64,000 nucleotides of DNA from positions 10,101 to 74,100 of the forward strand of contig CAZSTH010000003.1 in assembly GCA_964609835.1 (NCBI GenBank), written 5' to 3'. This DNA is from an uncultured Thermoanaerobaculia bacterium (lineage in GTDB: Bacteria > Acidobacteriota > Thermoanaerobaculia > Thermoanaerobaculales > Sulfomarinibacteraceae). Made by a program: the position numbers and the translations under genes. The notes under the pieces are model-generated. The model saw only the letters and a program-made list of their open reading frames with translations. It ran no database searches and was not told the origin of the DNA. Positions 41,915-49,781 of the stretch are shown here, piece by piece; positions within the stretch are counted from its first letter, which is position 1; each line of letters opens with the position of its first letter.

Positions 41915-43372
41915 CTACTTCCCGCCATCGTGCGGCTGGAGCATCACGCCTGGCAGGATGATCCTGCAGCTCTCCACCTTCTCGCCGCGCAGGAACGCCT
42001 GTACCAGGACGCGGTACTCGGGAGACATCAGCTCGCGCGCGTCGTGGCCGGTATTCTCGACGACGATGTGCGCGTGCTCCGCAAAGCCCGAGACGATCTC
42101 GCCGACATTGCTCGGCGGCGTGCGCACGTCGAGGGTGCCGCTGACGAACAGGACGGGAACATCCGATTGAAACGGAGCGCGGAACGCGTCGCCGAGCTCG
42201 GGTTTGCCGGCCGCCTGACATGAGGCCGGATACAGCGGCGCCATGATGGCGTCGGCGAGGACGTTCCCCGCGTCGCGACGCTCGCGCTCGATGCGCTCGA
42301 GGCGAGCGGCGCTGCCGCCCGATGCGCAGTCCATCATCAGCGTCATGGCGTTGATCCCAGCGCGACGATTCTCGAGCGCAGTCGATGCCAGCGATTCCGC
42401 GTCGCCGCGTGAGAGGCGCACCAGCGTCGCGGGAAGCTCGGCCAATGTGTCGGTCGACGCGAGGGCGCGCGCCACGTGCACCTGCAGGTCGAAGGGCCCC
42501 ACCGTAACGCGCGATCCGTCGTCCGTCACGACGGAGATCGGCCGCTCGGCGAGCCTCGCAAGCAGGTCACGCAGGAGGCCGATGAGGTTCGGCAGTTCGG
42601 CGCCCCAGGTCGGATCGCTGGCAAGCTGCTCGGAAAGTCGCCCGAGGTGCTGCTGCACGGCGCTCGGCAGCTTCCAGGTCTGGTCGGGCCCCTCGACCTT
42701 GAACATCAGCGCCCGTGCGACATGCGTCGAGTAGCGGCGCAGGTACGCGAGCGACAGGTGCGAGCCGTAGCTGGTGCCGTACGTGACGATGCGATCGACG
42801 CCCAGCGCGCGACGCACGTCGTCGATGTCGTCGGCGCTCTCGCGCGTGTTGTAGGCGCTCAGGTCCACGCCGCGCTCGCGCCAGTATGCGACCGTGTCCC
42901 GGATCACCTCGTTCATCGCCTCGATCAGCGTCGATCGATCGATCGCCAAATCGCGCGGCAGCTCGTGTTCGATGACGGTCTCGGTGAGGCAGGGAACGCT
43001 GAGCCCGGTGCCCCGTTGATCGATTCCGATGACGTCGGCGTGCTCCAGCAGGCGCAGCTGCGGGTGCGTGGCAATGCGCCCGGCGAGGTCGACGCCGGAG
43101 CCTCCGGGACCCCCGGCGAGGTAGAAAATCGGTGGTCCCGAACGCGGGTTGGTCGTGCGATAGCGCACGAATGCCAGCTCGATGGTCGTGTCGGAGGTCC
43201 GGTCGCGACGCTCAGGGACCCGGATGCGGCCGAGCTCACCGACGAGCGTGCTGCCGTCGAAGGCGCGGCCCGCATACGGTTGCCAGTCGATCGGCGGCAC
43301 CTCGGATGCGGTGACCTGCGCCGCGATCGAGACCAGCGCGACGAGTACGGGAACGTGTGTCATCGGTCGCAT
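41915..43372 (-). CDS. secreted alpha/beta hydrolase (S33 prolyl/tripeptidyl aminopeptidase-like)
   Basis: Signal peptide. GGPGGSG oxyanion region. Nucleophile elbow GTSYGS. Confidence 0.75.
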   Translation of the reverse strand: MRPMTHVPVLVALVSIAAQVTASEVPPIDWQPYAGRAFDGSTLVGELGRIRVPERRDRTSDTTIELAFVRYRTTNPRSGPPIFYLAGGPGGSGVDLAGRIATHPQLRLLEHADVIGIDQRGTGLSVPCLTETVIEHELPRDLAIDRSTLIEAMNEVIRDTVAYWRERGVDLSAYNTRESADDIDDVRRALGVDRIVTYGTSYGSHLSLAYLRRYSTHVARALMFKVEGPDQTWKLPSAVQQHLGRLSEQLASDPTWGAELPNLIGLLRDLLARLAERPISVVTDDGSRVTVGPFDLQVHVARALASTDTLAELPATLVRLSRGDAESLASTALENRRAGINAMTLMMDCASGGSAARLERIERERRDAGNVLADAIMAPLYPASCQAAGKPELGDAFRAPFQSDVPVLFVSGTLDVRTPPSNVGEIVSGFAEHAHIVVENTGHDARELMSPEYRVLVQAFLRGEKVESCRIILPGVMLQPHDGGK

Positions 43373-43380
43373 AGGTGTCG

Positions 43381-45798
43381 TCACTCCGTGATCAGCCGAG
43401 GTCGCTGTGGAACGCCGAATGTCCAGGTAATGGCATAGACGAGGACGGGCAAGGCGAGCAGCGCGAAGCCGAGGTCGAGCCATGGCATGACGAGCTGGAC
43501 GGGCAGGTTTGCGGCCTCGAACAGGGCCACTGCGGTCAACAGGCCGGCGGGGACGGCGAGCGCGCAGCCGAGTAGCGCCAGATATCCGGCACGTGCGGCG
43601 AGGTGTGCCCGCAACAGCGCCGGCGCCGCACCGACCGTTTGCAGAACGCGCTCTTCGCCGGCCGACTCCGACGCCGAGAGCGACGTTGCGATGAGTACGA
43701 CGATAAGACCGGTCAGCGCGCACAGCACGACAACGGCATGATAGAAACCGCGGGCGGGGCTCACATGGAGCAGGTTGGCATCGAGCGAGGTGCCGGTGGT
43801 TCCGGCCGCGATCTCCTGCGCGCGCTCGAGGAGGTCGGCCGTGATCGGGCCCTCGAACCGCACCAGCCACGGGACGAGGCTACGGTTCAGCGGAGGTCCC
43901 GGATCGAAATCGAGCGCCGCCGCCGCCGACCTCGACAGAATGAAGCGCGGCTCGCGCACCCGCTGTGACGTCGCGACACGAGCGAGCACGGGTGCGTCGA
44001 GCTGGCGTCCGTCGAGCCAGGCGCTGAGGACGAGGGGTTCGGCGTCGTCGGGCGGGTCGAGCGCCAGGAGTCGTCCGGCTCGAAACGCCGGCAGTTCGTC
44101 CTCGATGCCGAGCGTGCGGACGAGGTCGTCGTCACCGACCGCGATCCACTCCTTGCGCAGTCGATCGGGCTCTGCGCCGAAGCGTGCGCGCACGGGGTCG
44201 CCGCTGACGTAGGCCGCTTGCAGCGGGGCGCTGGCGACGACTTCGAGCTCGGCGGCCAGCCGCCGCGCGGCCTCCTCGGCGCCCGCGCCCTCGACGAGCA
44301 GCTGATCGTCGCGATAGCCGGCGGGGATGGCATCGAGTGCGGACTCGAGGCTCGAGACGAGGATGGCGACGGTGACACTCATCGACATCCCGGCGAGGAC
44401 GGCCGTGACGACCGCTCCGTTGCGGCCCCTGAAGCGGCCGGCGTCGCGCACCGCGAGGCGCCACGCCAGCGGCAGCCGGGCTGCGCGACGGGACAGCCAG
44501 TCGAGCAGCCACGGGCTGCAGGCGCCGAACCCGAGCAGTCCGAGCACGGGGCCGCCGACGACGCCGAGAGCGTTCGTTACGAGGTGCTCACGTGGTGCGA
44601 ACAGCAGCAGTCCCAGCCCGGCCGCGACCATGGTCACGCCGACCGCGAGCCACGTGGACGACGGCGATGTGACGGGACGGCGACCGCCGAGCGCCTCGCG
44701 GATCGGGACGCGAGCTGCACTGCGTGCCGGCATGGTCGCGGCGAGCACCGCCGTCACGACGCCGAGCACGACCGCACCGAGCGCCTGGATGAGGGACAGT
44801 TCGAAGCCGCCGTTCAAGCGGCCGTTCAGGCCGTCGAGCCACGGGTGGACGGCCATCGCGCCGGTTGCGCCGAGGGCGGCGCCGAGCAGGCCACCGCCGA
44901 GGGCGAGCGCAGCTGCCGAGAGCAGCAGCGATGTCGTAACTCCCTTCATCGTCGCTCCGGTCGAACCCAGCAGACCGATCTCATACTGGCGGCGCCGCAG
45001 GCTGACCGCGAACGCGGCGGCGATCACCAGCGCCGCTTCGAACAGACCGACGCAGCCGAGGACGAACACCAACGCGACGAGGACGGCATCGGCGGTGGCC
45101 GCATCCGCGCGCGTCTCGGCCGGGTAGCCGGCGTCGCCGAGCCGCCGCCGCACCGCACCGAGGTCGTCGTCGGCGACCGCCGCGAGAAGGATGTGGCGAC
45201 CGCCGTGCTCGACGGCCGCCGGAGTCCGCAGCACGACCGGTAGGCTCAGGTCTTCGCTGTCGATAACGACGCCGGTGATGGTGCGGACCGGTCCGTACTC
45301 GAGGGCGACCGTGTCGTCGATGCCGCGGTCGAGTCCGCCCATGAGGACGGGCGACAGCGCGACCTCGCCGGAGTTGGCCGGCGCGCGGCCGCGTTGAATG
45401 AGGAGCATCCCGGAGGCCAGTCCACCCGGCCCGATGGCATCGGGAGAGACGGCGAACAGGCGGGCGCGAAGCCGCCGCCCCGGTACCGAGACCTGCTCCA
45501 TGCCGGTGAACACATCGACCACCTCGGCGTCAGCGGAGATCAGAGCACGGACCTCGGCGCGATCCTCGGGTCGCTGCAGTCCGTCGATTCGCAGCGCCGC
45601 GCGGCCCATCGCGTGCGTCGCGCGCTCGTCGGCCGTCGGCTCGGTGATCCGGACCAGCGCGCTGCCGCCGACGATCGCGGCGACCGGAACCGCGATCAGC
45701 AGCACGACGAGCAGGGATCTACCACGATTTCGTCGCAGTTGCCGCAGCTCGACCCGGGCCAGGGCGCGCAGGGCGCGCAGCTTCGCGGTCACGCTCAT
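43381..45798 (-). CDS. ABC transporter permease with two FtsX domains (MacB-like)
   Basis: About 805 aa with two 4-TM FtsX-type modules. The ATG overlaps the ATPase stop (ATGA). Confidence 0.8.
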   Translation of the reverse strand: MSVTAKLRALRALARVELRQLRRNRGRSLLVVLLIAVPVAAIVGGSALVRITEPTADERATHAMGRAALRIDGLQRPEDRAEVRALISADAEVVDVFTGMEQVSVPGRRLRARLFAVSPDAIGPGGLASGMLLIQRGRAPANSGEVALSPVLMGGLDRGIDDTVALEYGPVRTITGVVIDSEDLSLPVVLRTPAAVEHGGRHILLAAVADDDLGAVRRRLGDAGYPAETRADAATADAVLVALVFVLGCVGLFEAALVIAAAFAVSLRRRQYEIGLLGSTGATMKGVTTSLLLSAAALALGGGLLGAALGATGAMAVHPWLDGLNGRLNGGFELSLIQALGAVVLGVVTAVLAATMPARSAARVPIREALGGRRPVTSPSSTWLAVGVTMVAAGLGLLLFAPREHLVTNALGVVGGPVLGLLGFGACSPWLLDWLSRRAARLPLAWRLAVRDAGRFRGRNGAVVTAVLAGMSMSVTVAILVSSLESALDAIPAGYRDDQLLVEGAGAEEAARRLAAELEVVASAPLQAAYVSGDPVRARFGAEPDRLRKEWIAVGDDDLVRTLGIEDELPAFRAGRLLALDPPDDAEPLVLSAWLDGRQLDAPVLARVATSQRVREPRFILSRSAAAALDFDPGPPLNRSLVPWLVRFEGPITADLLERAQEIAAGTTGTSLDANLLHVSPARGFYHAVVVLCALTGLIVVLIATSLSASESAGEERVLQTVGAAPALLRAHLAARAGYLALLGCALAVPAGLLTAVALFEAANLPVQLVMPWLDLGFALLALPVLVYAITWTFGVPQRPRLITE

Positions 45799-46514
45799 GC
45801 GTCGCGCACCGGCGTCGTGATCGGCGTCGCGGCCGTTTCGTCGATGATCGCGCCGTCGCGCAAGTACAGGACGCGGTCCGCCCACGCCGCGTGGGCCGGG
45901 TTGTGCGTAACGAGAACGACGGTACGACCGCGCTCGCACTGCGCCTTGAGCCGGCGCATGACGACCTCGCCGGTGACCGAGTCGAGGGCGCCGGTCGGCT
46001 CGTCGGCGAGCAGAATCGAGCGTGGGCCGACGAAGGCGCGCGCGATCGCGACCCGTTGCTGCTCACCGCCGGAGAGGTCGTCGGGAAAACGTTCGGCAAG
46101 ATGTCGCAGCCCCACCCGCTCGAGTTCTTCGAGGGCGCTCGACCGGGCTTCGTCCAGGGCGCAGCCGTCGAGCTCGAGGGGCAGGGCGACGTTCTCGACC
46201 GCGGTCAGGCCGGGCAGCAGGTTTAGCGCCTGGAAGACATAACCGATGACGCGCCGCCTCAGCTCGGCGAGCTCGACCGCCGACATCGCCGCCAGATCGC
46301 GTCCGACGACCCGGATCTGACCGCTGGTAGGTCGATCGAGTGCGCCAGCCAGCAACAGCATCGTCGACTTGCCAGATCCGGACGGCCCCATGATGGCGAC
46401 GAACTCGCCCGGTGAGACGTCGAGGTCGACGGGACCGAGGGCGCGCACGGCCTGCGGCCCCTCGCCGTGCACGCGGCTGACATCCGCGAAGGACAGTACC
46501 GTTGCCGCGCTCAT
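45795..46514 (-). CDS. ABC transporter ATP-binding protein (MacB/LolD type)
   Basis: GPSGSGKST, LSGGEQQRVAIARA, LLADEPTGALD. The ATG overlaps the padR stop. Confidence 0.85.
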   Translation of the reverse strand: MSAATVLSFADVSRVHGEGPQAVRALGPVDLDVSPGEFVAIMGPSGSGKSTMLLLAGALDRPTSGQIRVVGRDLAAMSAVELAELRRRVIGYVFQALNLLPGLTAVENVALPLELDGCALDEARSSALEELERVGLRHLAERFPDDLSGGEQQRVAIARAFVGPRSILLADEPTGALDSVTGEVVMRRLKAQCERGRTVVLVTHNPAHAAWADRVLYLRDGAIIDETAATPITTPVRDA

Positions 46515-47056
46515 CGGGGCTCCTTTCGGTCGCGCAGTCGCAGTCGCTCCTCGCAAAGATCGAGCCAGCGGACCTCGGCCTCGGCCTTGAGGATGACGGC
46601 GTCGAGCAGCAGGACCCACGGAAGCTGGCGATCGGGGTCCGCGGCCATCTTTTGTCGGGTGTACTCCTGCAGCTGATTCATCGTTGCGGCGCGCTGAGTC
46701 TGCAGGATGGCCCTGACGTCGACGGCGTCGGCGGCGACGGCGAGGAGGACCTTGATGGCGAGCTCGTCGCGGGTCGGCCGGTCGTCGACCGGGGAGGCGT
46801 ACCAGTCGCGGAGCTCGGCGCGGCCGACGGTGGTGATCCGCCACGAGCGCCGCGCCGGGTCGTCACCTTCGTTGGCCTCGACGAGACCGTCGCGCTCGAG
46901 TCGGTTGAGCGTGGTGTAGACCTGTCCGACATTGAGGGGCCAGGCGCCGGCGGTCGAGGCTTCGAACTCTGACTTCAGGCCGTAGCCATGGGTGGAATGG
47001 TCAGCGAGGATGGCGAGGATACTGTTCCGTACGGACATGAGATACTGAGTATGCAT
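46511..47056 (-). CDS. PadR-family transcriptional regulator
   Basis: ILAILADHSTHGYGLKSE...GQVYTTLNRLERDGLV plus a C-terminal dimerisation domain. Start is either 47056 or 47038. Confidence 0.8.
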   Translation of the reverse strand: MHTQYLMSVRNSILAILADHSTHGYGLKSEFEASTAGAWPLNVGQVYTTLNRLERDGLVEANEGDDPARRSWRITTVGRAELRDWYASPVDDRPTRDELAIKVLLAVAADAVDVRAILQTQRAATMNQLQEYTRQKMAADPDRQLPWVLLLDAVILKAEAEVRWLDLCEERLRLRDRKEPR

Positions 47057-47065
47057 ACTCGGTAT
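47042..47065. promoter_or_regulatory. 24-bp near-perfect palindrome at the padR start (candidate autoregulatory operator)
   Basis: ATACTGAGTATGCATACTCGGTAT, with a perfect 14-bp core GAGTATGCATACTC at 47047-60. It overlaps the first ATG of padR. Confidence 0.55.
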
Positions 47066-47250
47066 GCTAAGGTCAAGCCGTCAACACGATTGCAGGGTTC
47101 AGTGGCGATCCGCATCGGCACATCGGTGCCCATCAATGCCTGCACTTTTTGCCTTTTGGCATCTTCTTCCTTTTCCTTTTATGAGCGCCAGGGCCGGCGT
47201 TTCAGGCACCTTTGCCGAGCGACCAACCGTGCCGGGAGAAGATGTCAAGA

Positions 47251-47266
47251 GTGCCGGACCCGGCAC
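47251..47266 (-). terminator. possible terminator after the NifX-SlyD gene
   Basis: 7-bp GC stem GTGCCGG/CCGGCAC 10 nt past the stop, followed on the minus strand by TCTTGACATCTTCTC. Confidence 0.35.
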
Positions 47267-47275
47267 CGCCCCCCG

Positions 47276-48145
47276 CTATTCTTCTTTGAGGCCCTCGACG
47301 GAGGTGACCGTCATGTCGAAGACCACGTCTTTCCCCGCGAGGGGGTGGTTGGCGTCGAGGCGGGCGACGTCGTCGTTGAGTTCCATGACGACCAGGGGAA
47401 AACGAACACCTTGCTGGCTCTCGGCCGTGACCATGGTGCCGACCGTGGCGTTGGGCGGAAGCTGCGACCGGGGCACCTCGAAGACGTGCTTCTCGTTGCG
47501 CTCGCCGAACCCTTCGGCTGCCGGCACCTCGGCGACAGCGTGGGCCCCCTGCTCCAGCCCGGCCAGGGCCTCCTCGACCGCCGGGAAGTTCTGCCCGGCA
47601 CCATAGACGAATCGCATGGGGCCGGCCTCGGAGGAGGTGGTCAGGACGGTGCCGTCGGTGTCCTTGATCTCGTACTCCACCGTCACCAGGCGGCCTGCGC
47701 GGATGTCGGGGGTGCCCTCGATGGGCACCGTCTCGGGCTCGTGATGGTGGTGGTGGCCGTGGCTGCCGCAGCTCCCCTCGCCGCCGCTGCAGGTCTGAGA
47801 TTCACCGAAGGCGGGGCAGCCACCGGCGACGAAGAGCTCGACCGCGTCGCCGACCGTGGCGGCGCCCGCCGAGTGGCGGACCTCGATGCCCACCTGCTGG
47901 AACCCGGCGAGCGGGCGCACGCCCATGCCGCCGGCGAGCAGCACCTCGACGCCGCGTTCTTTCAGCAGCGTCACGGGCGCCATGCACCCGGCCTCGCCGT
48001 GCGGGGAGTTCTCGATAATTGAAACCTCGCCGATGCCGTTGTCGGCGACGTCCACCAGGGTGAACGCGGCACAGTGGCCGAAGTGCTCCGCGATGCGGGC
48101 GTCGAGTCCGTCAGTGGTGTCCGAGGGAATGGCTACGAGCATCAT
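47276..48145 (-). CDS. fusion protein: NifX/NifB-type cofactor-binding domain, Cys/His-rich linker, SlyD-type FKBP peptidyl-prolyl isomerase
   Basis: N-terminus (LVAIPSD...IAEHFGHCAAFTLVDV...LLAGGMGVRPLAGFQQVGIEV) fits the PF02579-type fold. Linker CPAFGESQTCSGGEGSCGSHGHHHHH. C-terminus colinear with SlyD (VTVEYEIKDTDG...FVYGAG...EALAGLEQG...ANHPLAGKDVVFDMTV). AAAGGAG RBS. Confidence 0.8.
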   Translation of the reverse strand: MMLVAIPSDTTDGLDARIAEHFGHCAAFTLVDVADNGIGEVSIIENSPHGEAGCMAPVTLLKERGVEVLLAGGMGVRPLAGFQQVGIEVRHSAGAATVGDAVELFVAGGCPAFGESQTCSGGEGSCGSHGHHHHHEPETVPIEGTPDIRAGRLVTVEYEIKDTDGTVLTTSSEAGPMRFVYGAGQNFPAVEEALAGLEQGAHAVAEVPAAEGFGERNEKHVFEVPRSQLPPNATVGTMVTAESQQGVRFPLVVMELNDDVARLDANHPLAGKDVVFDMTVTSVEGLKEE

Positions 48146-48254
48146 TTGCTCCTTTCACGAAGGGAGATGGTAACCGGCGAGCCGGCGGCTGTCCACGCCG
48201 ATGGTTGGACGGGTGGGGGCACTCATCGCGGCACCGGTCTGATCGATCGCGTCC

Positions 48255-49238
48255 TCAGGATCGGGGAGTTCGGAGTTGGAGCACGATCAGGCCGAGGTCG
48301 TCGTCGAGGCGATCCAGCTCGTGAAAATCCGCCATCGCCCGCAGGAGGTTGTCGGCGATCTGCGGCGCCGAGCCACCGCGCTGCAGCACATCGGCGGCGC
48401 GGGCGTGGGCGAACATCTCACCGGCGTCGTTGCGCAGCTCGACCAGCCCGTCGGTGTACAGTAGGAGGGTGTCGCCGGGTTCGAGGCGCGCGTGCCCCTG
48501 CTCCCAGGAGGTGCCGTCGATGAGCGCCATCGGCACTCCGGTGGCCTCGAGCTTCTCGACCGAGCCGTTCTTGCAGCACAGGAGCATGGGCTCGTGCCCG
48601 GCGGAGACGAAGCTGATGGAGCCGCCGTCCGCGATCCGAATGAAAGCGCCGGTGGCGTACAGGGGCCTCGGATCGTCGGGGTTGCGGAGAGCCTCGAATC
48701 GGTCTCCGAGCCGTCTCGGGATGTCGGTAAGCGGCAGCGCCGGGTCCGCCTCGGCCAGCAACAGCTTCATGACCACGGCGGCGAAGCCGGATCTCACGCC
48801 GTGTCCGGAGACGTCGATCAGCCACAGCGTGAGCGACCCGTCGGCCTCGCCGCGCCAGCCGAACAGGTCACCGGACAGGTGGCAGTACGACTCGAGGACC
48901 GCCGCTGCATCGACCGGAGAGTCCGGCGGCAAGGCGCGCGGCAGAAGGTGATACTGCACGGCGTGCCCCAGCCGCAGGCCCTCGTCCATGCCGGGGAAGA
49001 GGTGGGGGCGGTAGACGAACGTCAGCGGCTCGTCGACGTCGCGCCGGACGGTACGCCGGTCGCCGGTTTGTCCGAGATCGGGCAGCGGATGCCGGTCGGC
49101 CTCGCGAATTGTCTCGGCCAGCAGGTCGCGGAGAGGCCGGCCGGCGATCGGCTGGTCGAGGAGGAAGTGCTCTGACAGCTGATGCAGCAGGTCTTTCGTC
49201 GTGGAATCGTCTCGGGGAGGGCTCATCGGCGCCGCCAT
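48255..49238 (-). CDS. PP2C/SpoIIE-family serine phosphatase
   Basis: LSGDLFGW...IDVSGHGVRSG...LYTDGLVE...DDLGLIVLQL. N-terminal start uncertain. Confidence 0.8.
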   Translation of the reverse strand: MAAPMSPPRDDSTTKDLLHQLSEHFLLDQPIAGRPLRDLLAETIREADRHPLPDLGQTGDRRTVRRDVDEPLTFVYRPHLFPGMDEGLRLGHAVQYHLLPRALPPDSPVDAAAVLESYCHLSGDLFGWRGEADGSLTLWLIDVSGHGVRSGFAAVVMKLLLAEADPALPLTDIPRRLGDRFEALRNPDDPRPLYATGAFIRIADGGSISFVSAGHEPMLLCCKNGSVEKLEATGVPMALIDGTSWEQGHARLEPGDTLLLYTDGLVELRNDAGEMFAHARAADVLQRGGSAPQIADNLLRAMADFHELDRLDDDLGLIVLQLRTPRS

Positions 49239-49295
49239 TGTAGCGGTCGCGTGATCCGGTGGCGAGGTTGGTGGGTCGCCGTGACAGGCTGGCTG

Positions 49296-49356
49296 CCCCA
49301 CAAGGAACTCGGGGGCGATCGCGGCTTGTGGGGCAGCCTTCCCGGCTGCCGGGCGG
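49296..49356 (+). repeat. 60-bp hairpin-containing direct repeat, copy 1
   Basis: CCCCACAAG-N20-CTTGTGGGG followed by CAGCC-TTCCC-GGCTG. Near-identical copy at 49555-49614. Confidence 0.85.
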
Positions 49357-49429
49357 GGGGGACGGTGATCTGTGTCGGTGTTCAGTGACGGTGATCAGTG
49401 GCGGGTCTTGGTGACGGCTTTCGGCGACG

Positions 49430-49545
49430 GTGGCAGCGGACCGCGTCCGCGATCCGCGATCCGCGACCGCGACCGTGGACCGCGACCGCTGACCGCGACC
49501 GCTGACCGCCACCGCCACCGTCGACCGCCACCCACCCGGCAGGCG
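49430..49545. repeat. GC-rich simple-sequence tract (CGCGAT/CGCGAC/CACCGC-type short tandem units)
   Basis: ...CGCGATCCGCGATCCGCGACCGCGACCGTGGACCGCGACCGCTGACCGCGACCGCTGACCGCCACCGCCACCG... Confidence 0.8.
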
Positions 49546-49554
49546 AGACGCGTG

Positions 49555-49614
49555 CCCCACAAGGAACTCGGGGGTGATCGCGGCTTGTGGGCAGCCTTCC
49601 CGGCTGCCGGGCGG
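49555..49614 (+). repeat. 60-bp hairpin-containing direct repeat, copy 2
   Basis: One substitution and one 1-nt deletion relative to copy 1. Confidence 0.85.
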
Positions 49615-49627
49615 TTGGGTGGGTTGG

Positions 49628-49770
49628 GTCATCCTGAGCGAACGAGTGAAGCAAGTGAGTCGAAGAATCCCCCGCAGCTCAGATTGGCGCTCCGGTCACG
49701 GTGCACTCACCAGGGAGGTGAGGGGATCCTCCGGCTTCGCGCGCCTCCGGCGCGCTTCGCGCAGGATGAC
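49628..49770. repeat. 143-bp palindrome-ended element (GTCATCCTGAGCGAA...TTCGCGCAGGATGAC)
   Basis: Perfect 9-bp termini GTCATCCTG / CAGGATGAC, extended by imperfect pairing. It resembles the GTCATCCTGAGCGAAGCGAAGGA-type intergenic repeats that I recall as common in soil-bacterial genomes. Confidence 0.6.
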
Positions 49771-49781
49771 AGGAGCTCGGG

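Noticed and set aside
49430-49545. Short tandem repeats that at first glance might be a CRISPR-like array.
   Set aside because: The units are 6-12 nt, contiguous and without unique spacers, and no cas genes are nearby. This is simple-sequence DNA.
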